Source: a bacterium
Lineage (GTDB): Bacteria; Zhuqueibacterota; Zhuqueibacteria; Zhuqueibacterales; Zhuqueibacteraceae
Direction of reading: 5' to 3'
NCBI GenBank assembly: GCA_044869275.1
Contig: JBIOXB010000252.1
Location: 1-43,252 of the forward strand
DNA length: 43,252 bases
The position numbers and the translations under genes were made by a program. Every line of letters begins with the position of its first letter. The stretch's first letter is position 1. Positions 18,685 to 27,087 of the stretch are shown in pieces. Below the pieces are notes generated by a model, which was not told the origin of the DNA, did no database searches, and saw nothing but the letters and a program-made list of their open reading frames with translations.

Positions 18685-20010
18685 TTATTCCAAAATCAAC
18701 CTCACACGCGCAGCCGCATCATGGACCGCCTGCTCCGGGGATTTGGCGGCATAAACCACGGCGGCTTCGTATTCCTGCGAAATGGCATCGAAGACTTCTT
18801 TCATCACCGGCGATTGGTCGATGCCGCGCACGTGCTCAGCTTGTTGCGCAAATGCAATCATGCGCGGATGCTCGGCGAAATAACCGGAAAACAAAGAGTC
18901 GTTCAGCATGCCTTTCCGCAACGGCAATTGACTCGTCATCTCCAGCAAGCGCAAATCATTCCTTCGCGCTATCATGAATTTGACAAACTCCCATGCCGCC
19001 TGCGGCTGCCGGCAGGTGGAAAAGATGACGATGTTTTTCAAATCGCCGTAGGTGTAAACCGGCCCGCCGTAACCATCCGGCACCGGTATGGGCGCGAAGT
19101 CGTATTCGAAGCCTTCAGGCTTGTGTTTTTCCGCATTGCTGATTTCATAAGGGCCGTTGAAGCGTGAGGCGGTTTTTCCCAGAAGAAAAAAATCGGCCGT
19201 GGTGGTCATTTTCTGTTTGGGAAAATAGCCTTCGCGATAGATGGTCTGTAGAAAATTCATGACGGCAACCGCGCTTTCATTCTCAAACAAGACGCTGTCA
19301 CCGTCCACCAATCCCTTGCCACCGGAGGCTGCCAAATACAAAGGGTAAAAATCGAAAAAGCGCTGCCACCACAAAACTCGAATGTCACGAATGCCCAGCC
19401 AGCAGGAGAGCTCGTCGCGGAACCGTTTGCCAGCCGCCAAATACTCTGAATAGCTCGAGGGCGCGCTCGCGAAGCCGGCACGCTGGAAAAGTTTGACATT
19501 GTACATCAGCATGACGGGATTGGTTTTCCACGGTATTTGGTAGAGATGGCCATCGCGCGCGCGCGATTGCGCGATCACTTCCGCATGGCAGCGCGCGGTG
19601 ATGGCGCTGTCGAAATCGGCAAATTGATCCAGCGGCAGCAAGGCCCGCGCACGCACATAAAACTCGACGTCGCCGGGCCAGACGTTCGAATAAATATCCG
19701 GCGTGGTGCGCCCGGCCACTGCCGCGAGAATCACTTCCTCGCTGGATTGGCCTTCGGGAATGGGCTGATGATGCACCGGCCGGTCCGGGTGCAAAGCATT
19801 CCACTGCGACACGATCTCACGCGCCAATTCTTGCTCGTAGGGATTATTCGCCGACCAGTAAAGCAAAGCCGGACGGCTGGCCTTGCTTTCATGGCCGCAT
19901 CCCGCAGCCATAAACACCGCGAATAGTATCGAGCAGGGAAAGGCTGAAAAGCGCCTTCTCGAGCTGGCACGTGCGTGCGAATTCCGAAATTTTGTCTTGG
20001 GATCCGGCAT
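18685..20010 (-). CDS. Sugar ABC transporter solute-binding lipoprotein (SBP_bac_1/8)
   Basis: Lipobox MAAGC; TTPDI, DGHLYQIPW, LMYNVKLF and AAWEFVKF motifs; adjacent to two CUT1 permeases. Confidence 0.9.
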   Translation of the reverse strand: MPDPKTKFRNSHARASSRRRFSAFPCSILFAVFMAAGCGHESKASRPALLYWSANNPYEQELAREIVSQWNALHPDRPVHHQPIPEGQSSEEVILAAVAGRTTPDIYSNVWPGDVEFYVRARALLPLDQFADFDSAITARCHAEVIAQSRARDGHLYQIPWKTNPVMLMYNVKLFQRAGFASAPSSYSEYLAAGKRFRDELSCWLGIRDIRVLWWQRFFDFYPLYLAASGGKGLVDGDSVLFENESAVAVMNFLQTIYREGYFPKQKMTTTADFFLLGKTASRFNGPYEISNAEKHKPEGFEYDFAPIPVPDGYGGPVYTYGDLKNIVIFSTCRQPQAAWEFVKFMIARRNDLRLLEMTSQLPLRKGMLNDSLFSGYFAEHPRMIAFAQQAEHVRGIDQSPVMKEVFDAISQEYEAAVVYAAKSPEQAVHDAAARVRLILE

Positions 20011-20022
20011 GGGTGCCCGGCC

Positions 20023-22605
20023 TTAAAATCCGAACTCTACCGTCGTGTTGGACTGACGAAGGCTGAATTGGCAACTCGCGACGACCACTTCACTATCGTG
20101 GAACATTGATAACAATCCCGCGCGATCTTCTCCATCAAGTAACAGCTTGCGAGGAGCTGAAGGCGAAACCACCTTCAAGTGCGTGCTCTGCCCGCGAATG
20201 CCCTGGATCTCGACCGCGAGGTTATGGCGCACACGATCATAGTGAACGCTGGTAACAGTAGCGGAAGCATAAGCGAGATAAGGGTGGACCGGCACGCCTC
20301 GCTCCAGAGAAATTCTTTGGGGAGACGAGAAAACCACTGCGGAATTCAAGACTCGATCGTCCGCCGCAATTTGCTTGAAGTATTTACCGGCTCCGTGCCA
20401 AGACACCTGGCAGCGCTTTCCGTTGAGTGTCAATTCATAAGCCGTGTGTTCGAATGCCCTTGGCAAGTTAGCGTCGAATGAAATGTTCCATTCGTTTTCG
20501 CGAACGCCATTCAAATGATACAGGGCGTATAAAAACCATCCGGCGGCCCAGAGAAAAGTCGGTTTGTCAATTTGGCCATACTGCGGCGAAACCGGATTCG
20601 CGTTCCGATATTCGAACAACGCGGGCTGGCCGTTCGGACTATGGCGAATGCCGGCCAGCGTCAAGTATTTTTTAATGGCTTCCTCTGCGGCATCAGGTTT
20701 TCCCGCCGTGAGCAGGCCGAGTGCGTACCAGGCAATGCCCTGGGACCAAACGCCGCCATTCATGTACAAAAACGGCTCGCCGGCTTCCATGCCGTTGAAG
20801 CCATACACCTCGATGAGCTGATGAAAGTCAGCGGGCATGGCATTGCGAATGCCGATCTTGTCGTCCAAAAGCTCGCGGCCTGCGGTTTCGAGCAGCTGGC
20901 TTTTCTTCTCTTCATCGAGGAGATCGAAAGCCGCAGCCAGCAACGAACCCGCGTAGAAGTGATTATCCCAGGTGGTGGCATCGAGCATGTTCATCAGGTA
21001 ACCAGCGTCTTCCTTCCATAAGCGCAGGCCCAAGCCTTCTTGCATACGCAGCGCCCAGTGAAGATACTCTCCCAGCTTTTCTTGCGGCTCGCCAAGCTGC
21101 AGTGCGACAAAAGAAAACGCGCGCAAGGCACGAATCATCAATGTTGTGATGTAGGCGCGAGCGCCATAAACTTTGCCGATATCCCACCAATCGGGACGCG
21201 AAGCGTACATCAAATCGCCGGCCCCCCGGTGCCGCAGCATCAATGCGAGGCTTTTCTGAAGCATGGGATAGATTGTGCTCAGCGTCTGTCGGTCTCCGCT
21301 GTGTTTGAGATAGGAGCCAGCCAAAATGATAAACCAAAGATGATTCCAATTGTCCGGAGCGCAGAATTCGGTTTTGAAGCCATCATCGCGCCAGTAATAG
21401 GCATGAGGCAGAACGGAATCCGCCTGCGCTAATGTATGCAGGAAGAGCAGGTCATTCTGCACGCGCTGCAGATCAAAAAAAACGGCGCCGAGATCTGTAA
21501 CCAGTACATCGTGTGTGAAGAAAAAGTTATATTCGGCCGGACAAGGCATCGGCACGATGCGGCCGTCGAGGAAGTGGCGATTCGCCGCCAGCACGGCTTT
21601 TGCCCAACGCATGGTTTGTGCCAGTGCCGTGTCCGGAATGACGTATGCCGCCGGCCGGGTGGCGTACGCTTCAATGCGCTTTTCGTATGCTGCAACGCTT
21701 TGTTGCCAGTCTCGCAACGAGCGCTCCAGAACGTTTGTGCTCTCCTGCCGGCGGCACGAACCGATGAGCTGGACGATGGCAAGCTGCTGATTCGGAGCTA
21801 GCGCTCTTTCATATGCAAAGCTGACAACCGGCACAGGCCTTGCCGGCTGTGCCGTGCCTTCTGCCTCGGACCGGATCGTGCTTCGTGCCCTCGGGCGTTC
21901 GCCCGCGTTTGCAACGAAGATCTGGGTAGAGTCCGTGTCGACTTCGTCGAAATCCGTCAAAGCGATCGCGTGCGAATCGATATAAGTCAGCCTGGCATTG
22001 TCCTTTCGAATGTAGGATTGGCACGTGCGCAGGCTGGTGGCTAAAGCCGTCGCGACGTGAAACTCTTTCTTTTCCTTCGAAAGATTCCGAAGCTTAAGCT
22101 CAAACACCATCACCGGCAGATCTTCACAAAAACGATAGGAAATTTCGATCTCGTAACTCGGTTTGGTTTGCGTGAAGAGAGCGCCGAAGGGCGTCCAGCG
22201 ATAGCCAAAAGGTTCGCGGCCGACGGTGTCGCTTTTCCCGTCCATAGCGATCACGACAGAAAACGGCCGCGATTCGTCTCTGCGCCAGTAATCATCGCTA
22301 TGATCGATGCTGTTGGCAACCGGCGAGTAAAAACTGATCCGCGCGGGCAGAGGAAAGCTGTGATGAAACTCAGCGCCCACGTATTTCCCTCCAATTTCGA
22401 GCTGGCCGTATTTGCCCTCAAAATCCACAGCGATAGCGCTTTGCGGCACAAGTCCGGACTGCGCGTGCACGGGAGCAGAAGAGGAAATCACCAAAAGCAA
22501 CAGCGCGCGCTGGCGCCAAAGCCGCCGGCTCGACGATCGGCCAAGCGAAAGTGCCTGGCGTGAACTCAAAAAATTTCCGGAATGACCAGGATAGTAAGAT
22601 GGCAT
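20023..22605 (-). CDS. Secreted uncharacterised (alpha/alpha)6 glycoside hydrolase-like protein (six-hairpin glycosidase / amylo-alpha-1,6-glucosidase-like fold)
   Basis: N-terminal beta-sandwich followed by a helical domain with PAEYNFFFTHD, YLKHSGD..IYPML, RPDWWD, YMNGGVW and FLWAAGWFL. Signal-like segment ending in VHA-Q; TGAATG coupling to the PorV-like gene. Confidence 0.65.
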   Translation of the reverse strand: MPSYYPGHSGNFLSSRQALSLGRSSSRRLWRQRALLLLVISSSAPVHAQSGLVPQSAIAVDFEGKYGQLEIGGKYVGAEFHHSFPLPARISFYSPVANSIDHSDDYWRRDESRPFSVVIAMDGKSDTVGREPFGYRWTPFGALFTQTKPSYEIEISYRFCEDLPVMVFELKLRNLSKEKKEFHVATALATSLRTCQSYIRKDNARLTYIDSHAIALTDFDEVDTDSTQIFVANAGERPRARSTIRSEAEGTAQPARPVPVVSFAYERALAPNQQLAIVQLIGSCRRQESTNVLERSLRDWQQSVAAYEKRIEAYATRPAAYVIPDTALAQTMRWAKAVLAANRHFLDGRIVPMPCPAEYNFFFTHDVLVTDLGAVFFDLQRVQNDLLFLHTLAQADSVLPHAYYWRDDGFKTEFCAPDNWNHLWFIILAGSYLKHSGDRQTLSTIYPMLQKSLALMLRHRGAGDLMYASRPDWWDIGKVYGARAYITTLMIRALRAFSFVALQLGEPQEKLGEYLHWALRMQEGLGLRLWKEDAGYLMNMLDATTWDNHFYAGSLLAAAFDLLDEEKKSQLLETAGRELLDDKIGIRNAMPADFHQLIEVYGFNGMEAGEPFLYMNGGVWSQGIAWYALGLLTAGKPDAAEEAIKKYLTLAGIRHSPNGQPALFEYRNANPVSPQYGQIDKPTFLWAAGWFLYALYHLNGVRENEWNISFDANLPRAFEHTAYELTLNGKRCQVSWHGAGKYFKQIAADDRVLNSAVVFSSPQRISLERGVPVHPYLAYASATVTSVHYDRVRHNLAVEIQGIRGQSTHLKVVSPSAPRKLLLDGEDRAGLLSMFHDSEVVVASCQFSLRQSNTTVEFGF

Positions 22606-23628
22606 TCAAAATTCCACGGCTATGGAAAAACGTTGCTCGTTTTCCAAGCGGCCGAAATCGGCAAAGGCGTAATCGAGCTTCCAGCGCACGTTGCCCAAGA
22701 AACGCATGGCCACGCCGCCGCCCAGGGCAAATGTCTGCTCGCCGTCACGCAGAAAAAGATCGCGATAGCCGCCGCGCAGGAAGATTTTTTCTTGCAAGGC
22801 ATATTCGCCACCGAGATTCACGCTTTCGGTATTGTCGCTGGGATGCAGAGCGTCGGCCGCCAGAGTGAGACGGTGGTGTTCACTTTTAACGAGCTCCATG
22901 GCCAGGCCGAACTGAAAATTCAACGGCAGCGCCCAGTCCTGCGTTTCGATTTGCGAGGGCACGCGATCGTTATTACCGTCAATCGCGGGGTCGAGATCAT
23001 GGAACACGAGCAGGTCTTTGCCCTCCATGCGCATATCGGTGCCGAAGTTGTACAACGAAGCGCCGATGCGCAGGCCGCGAAAGCCGGTGACAAAGAGTGT
23101 GCCCACGTCGAGCGCGAATCCCGTGGCGCTTTCGTGCCAGATGCGCTGACTGATGTATTTGGCCGTGAAGCCGATGGAGAAGCGATCGGTCAGGCGGCGG
23201 CTGTAAGTCAGCGCCAAAGCCAGATCCGAGGCGTTGAATAATTCGCCCGTGCCGTCTGGGAGCTCGATCGTGCGCACGGCCATTTCATCCATGGTGAGGG
23301 AAGTGAGGCTCGCGCCCAATACGCCGAATTCGCCGAGCGGCAATACCGCGCCGGCATAATCGAAGCTCATGTCGGCAATCCAGGCAGTGTGCACCAGGAG
23401 CAATTCTGCGCGGCGCAAGGAAATCAGCCCGGCGGGGTTCCAATACAAAGCGCTGGCGTCATTGGCCGTGGCGACGAACGCGGCACCCATGCCGGTGGCG
23501 CGCGCGCCCACGCCGATGGTGAGAAATGGCGCGGCGGTGATGCCCACTTTGGAGACCTCGGTTTGGCCTTGCGCGAGCAGCGGCAATGCCGCCGGCAATA
23601 GGAGGAATTTAAGAATGATTCTCTTCAT
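22606..23628 (-). CDS. PorV/PorQ-like (UPF0164) outer-membrane beta-barrel
   Basis: FLTIGVGARATGMGAAFVATANDASALYWNPAGL signature, amphipathic strands, C-terminal Phe (IAVEF) and a signal peptide. Confidence 0.88.
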   Translation of the reverse strand: MKRIILKFLLLPAALPLLAQGQTEVSKVGITAAPFLTIGVGARATGMGAAFVATANDASALYWNPAGLISLRRAELLLVHTAWIADMSFDYAGAVLPLGEFGVLGASLTSLTMDEMAVRTIELPDGTGELFNASDLALALTYSRRLTDRFSIGFTAKYISQRIWHESATGFALDVGTLFVTGFRGLRIGASLYNFGTDMRMEGKDLLVFHDLDPAIDGNNDRVPSQIETQDWALPLNFQFGLAMELVKSEHHRLTLAADALHPSDNTESVNLGGEYALQEKIFLRGGYRDLFLRDGEQTFALGGGVAMRFLGNVRWKLDYAFADFGRLENEQRFSIAVEF

Positions 23629-23690
23629 GGCTATGCCTGGGTTTCTGTTGCAGAAATCGTGAAGGCCAGTTTAGTTTGATCAATGTAACT

Positions 23691-26600
23691 CTACTTTATC
23701 ACCGCAAATTTCCCAATATAGCTGCCCACATTGGGAGCATCAACGTGGTAAACATAAATACCGTACGCGATGTTCATGCCGTCTTTCGAAACCAAACCCC
23801 AGGAGGACGCACCGTTTTCTGCGGGTGCATCATGCACAATGGTGTCCACCAGATAGCCGCGCACGGTGTAGATGCGAATGGTGCAATGCGCCGGCAGGTT
23901 GATGAAATAAATTCGCCGCTCGCCGCGCCCGAATTGGAAAGGATTTCTGGGTTCCCACGTGACTGCGCCGGCATAGGGATTCGGCACCACGGCAATGTTG
24001 GTCATGGCGCTTTGCGCGCGGCCACGATCTACCTGCGCTCCGTGCACTTTGAACTCAAACGACTCACCCTCGCGGAAGGGCTTGCTGGTGACGAGGCGAT
24101 AAATATCTCCCGGCTGCGGCGGCTGCGGCGCGCCCGTAGGAGCGTCAAAAAAGAAGGCCCAAGCTGCGCGAAAACGGTTGCCTTGCGGTGGCTGTCCCAA
24201 TGCCAGGCCGGTGACGATGGTCACCGAATCGCCGGGCGTAAATTGCGTGTTGTTATCGTGATCGCCGAACAAGAAGTCCATTTGGCGATTTTCCGTCAAA
24301 TTCCATATGGTGAAATTCACCGGAATCCTTTGCTGGCCGAAGAGCAGGGCAATCGAAGTATCGACGATGCCGTCGTAAAAGCGCAGTTCAAAATCCGCGG
24401 GATAACTCACAAAACGCCCGCTCAAGCTGCGATTCACCCCCACGCGCACGGTATAATTGCTCGTGCCCACCAGCCAGCCGGTTTCAGCTTCCAATACTTG
24501 CGCTTGCGTGTCGTTGAACAGAAAACTCACAAAGCCCTCGGTAACGCTCGTGGTCTCGCGGCCTTCGAGAATGGGCTTCGCGGTGATGAGAGTATCGCCG
24601 GTGGTGAGATTGATCAAGACATACTCTGGCGCGGGATCGAGCGCGAATGCCGAGGTATCGGAGAAAACAAACCGATAAGACTGGCCATTCTGTACGCGCG
24701 CGGGATCGAGCATTTGAATTTCGATGGTGCCTGTGCCCGGGCCCTGGTGCACGATTTCGCCGTCAAGGCCGGGGTCGAGGTAGCCCGCGGACGGCGCTTG
24801 CGGCGTGATCATAGCGGCATTGATGTCGGTTTTCTCCACCACGCCGGCCACGCTCACTTTAATCACCGCCGGCGCCTCGGACGGTGTGATGCCCGAGATT
24901 TCACCCGTGGCCGTGGTATCGACCAAGCCGCGATCGTAAGGCACGATCGCGTAATAATACGTCTGCCCATTCTTCACATTGCGATCGATATAAAAATGCT
25001 GCAAACCCGTGTCTTCGCCGAGATTGAATTTGATGCCTTCGACGTCGATGGGATGCAAACCCTTGATGCCGTTGTTCAAATCAAATTTCGCAATCGGCTC
25101 GCGGAAGCGACTCTTGCCGTAGCTGTCGGTGATGGTCTGCACTTCGAGAAACTCCGGATCAGTGGAGCGATAGACGTTGTAGCCTTCGAAATCGAACTCC
25201 TGCAAAAACGGATCGTAGGATTTCTCGGCTTTCTCGTCCCAATACAACACCACCTTGCCGTTGCCGGGAATCGCGGTGAGCGTGGGTTTGTCCGGCGGCT
25301 TGGCGAAGCGGTAATCGGCGTTGTAAATCTGCTGCACCGTGCGTTTGGTGCGCGACAAGTCCTGATTGTCTTCGGCGAACAGCAATGACATCGAATAGAA
25401 CTGCGTGTCGCCGGCGCGCAACGCGAACGGGCCCGAAGCGAAGAACATGCCGAGGTTGGTATTCTGCACCAGACGATCGCGCGGCGGCAGCGCGGCGCGC
25501 AAGCCATTCCAATAGGCCTCGTCGTTTTCCATTTTATATTCGTGCAGCACAAAAACGTTGAAGCCGGTCAAGCCGATCTGATCGCTTTCATCTTTGTCGG
25601 TGAAGTCGAAATCCGGCTCACCGGCGGTGGGTACGCCGTCGCCTTCGCCCACATCGCGGCCGGGATAATTGGAGTCGAACGGCCCGAGGCCATCCGCGCC
25701 CACGTCGTCGAGCAGCGGCTCGCCGTTGTCCCACACGCTGTTGGCGTTCAAATCTTCAAAACCGTCCCAATCGATGTTTTCATCCCCGGACCAATGCGGC
25801 CGCAGTTGATGCTCAGGATAAAATTCTCGAAAAGCTGCGACGTTTTGCACGCCATAGGGGAACTGATCCAAGAAAACGCCCGGGCCGCTGTCGCGGCGTT
25901 CATCGAGCAAACCATCATGGTCATTGTCGCGGGCATCGCGAAAAATACCGGGGCTTTCGAGAAAGGCAAAACCGCCCACGCCCACCGGCGACCAATTACC
26001 GGGGCTGCCGTAGCCGTTGCCGTCGAACGCCCACGCGATGTCGAGATCTTCATCATAGTTGCCGCCATCGTCTGCGGAATCGTCGATGCCGCCGATGCCC
26101 CAATCGAGATGAAAGGCGAAATAGGTGCTGTCGTAATCGGTTTTGCCTTCGTTGGTGATGAAGTAAATCGCGAAGATCACATCTTGCGCCAGCACTTGGT
26201 TCCATTGAAAGAGACGTGAGGCCACTTCCAGGCCGAGACCGCGGCGCGAGGAATCGGAAGGATTGGGAAAGAACAAAAACTCTTCGTCCGGATCGTCGTC
26301 AAAAACGACATACCCTTCGAGGTCGGCATTGGTGACGCCTTTGCCGAAAAAGCCGTTCCACTGTCCCGCCCAATCCGGCGGGCGATCGGGCCAGGAAACG
26401 GGCCACGTGCGCGGATCGTTGCTCAGCGCCGGCGAGTTGATGGGGTTGGTTTTGGGATCTGCATTGGAATATCCCGGCAGCGGCGCAAAGCCCCAGGGAA
26501 TTTGCTCGGGCGAAACGTCCATGTCTTCGCGATAGCGCGTGATCACGGAATGCTGCCGCCGACCCTGGCCGTCAACGACCGGCGCGGCCACCACCAGTGC

Positions 26601-26831
26601 CACGCCATCGACGTAAGAATGTCCCGTCCCCTTCGGCCATTCGCCCGAAGGCTGATTCGGCCAGTCCGAAACCTCGCCGTGATTCCAAAAAATCGTGCGC
26701 ACGAGATTGCCGTCCATGATGCCCTTGCGCGTGAATTTCAATTCGCCGACCTTAGGGTCGGGCACGCGCTGCGCAAAGGCGGCGGCGCTCAATGTGACCA
26801 CTACTGTGAGGATGGTTTTGCGAGCGTTCAT
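23691..26831 (-). CDS. Large secreted Ca-binding protein with an FN3-like domain and a secretion-type C-terminal domain
   Basis: Signal peptide; GEWPKGTGHSY; several Dx[DN]xDG-like loops (DNDHDGLLDE, DVGADG, DVGEGDG); FN3-like FEGYNVYRS..NGQTYYYAI; C-terminal IAVVPNPY..IYFINLP..TIRIYT..GIYVYHV..KFAVIK. Confidence 0.8.
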   Translation of the reverse strand: MNARKTILTVVVTLSAAAFAQRVPDPKVGELKFTRKGIMDGNLVRTIFWNHGEVSDWPNQPSGEWPKGTGHSYVDGVALVVAAPVVDGQGRRQHSVITRYREDMDVSPEQIPWGFAPLPGYSNADPKTNPINSPALSNDPRTWPVSWPDRPPDWAGQWNGFFGKGVTNADLEGYVVFDDDPDEEFLFFPNPSDSSRRGLGLEVASRLFQWNQVLAQDVIFAIYFITNEGKTDYDSTYFAFHLDWGIGGIDDSADDGGNYDEDLDIAWAFDGNGYGSPGNWSPVGVGGFAFLESPGIFRDARDNDHDGLLDERRDSGPGVFLDQFPYGVQNVAAFREFYPEHQLRPHWSGDENIDWDGFEDLNANSVWDNGEPLLDDVGADGLGPFDSNYPGRDVGEGDGVPTAGEPDFDFTDKDESDQIGLTGFNVFVLHEYKMENDEAYWNGLRAALPPRDRLVQNTNLGMFFASGPFALRAGDTQFYSMSLLFAEDNQDLSRTKRTVQQIYNADYRFAKPPDKPTLTAIPGNGKVVLYWDEKAEKSYDPFLQEFDFEGYNVYRSTDPEFLEVQTITDSYGKSRFREPIAKFDLNNGIKGLHPIDVEGIKFNLGEDTGLQHFYIDRNVKNGQTYYYAIVPYDRGLVDTTATGEISGITPSEAPAVIKVSVAGVVEKTDINAAMITPQAPSAGYLDPGLDGEIVHQGPGTGTIEIQMLDPARVQNGQSYRFVFSDTSAFALDPAPEYVLINLTTGDTLITAKPILEGRETTSVTEGFVSFLFNDTQAQVLEAETGWLVGTSNYTVRVGVNRSLSGRFVSYPADFELRFYDGIVDTSIALLFGQQRIPVNFTIWNLTENRQMDFLFGDHDNNTQFTPGDSVTIVTGLALGQPPQGNRFRAAWAFFFDAPTGAPQPPQPGDIYRLVTSKPFREGESFEFKVHGAQVDRGRAQSAMTNIAVVPNPYAGAVTWEPRNPFQFGRGERRIYFINLPAHCTIRIYTVRGYLVDTIVHDAPAENGASSWGLVSKDGMNIAYGIYVYHVDAPNVGSYIGKFAVIK

Positions 26832-26859
26832 ATTCTTCTCAATTTGATGCAGGCGCGGG

Positions 26860-27084
26860 GGATTGGATGACTGGATGACTGGATTACTGGATTACTGGAT
26901 TACTAGATTATTGGATTATTGGATTATTGGATTGATGGATTGATGGATTATTGGGGTCTATAGAGATTCAATATTGGATGGATCAAGCTTCCATCAATCC
27001 ATTGATCCATCAATCCATCAATCCATTAATCCATTAATCCAGCATCCCGCATCCAGTAATCCAGCAATCCAACACTCCATCAAC
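26860..27084. repeat. Inverted octamer tandem-repeat hairpin C
   Basis: Left arm runs TGACTGGA/TTACTGGA, then TTATTGGA, then TTGATGGA (26860-26954). Right arm runs TCCATCAA/TCCATTAA, then TCCAGTAA/TCCAGCAA (about 26990-27084). Confidence 0.92.
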
Positions 27085-27087
27085 CTT

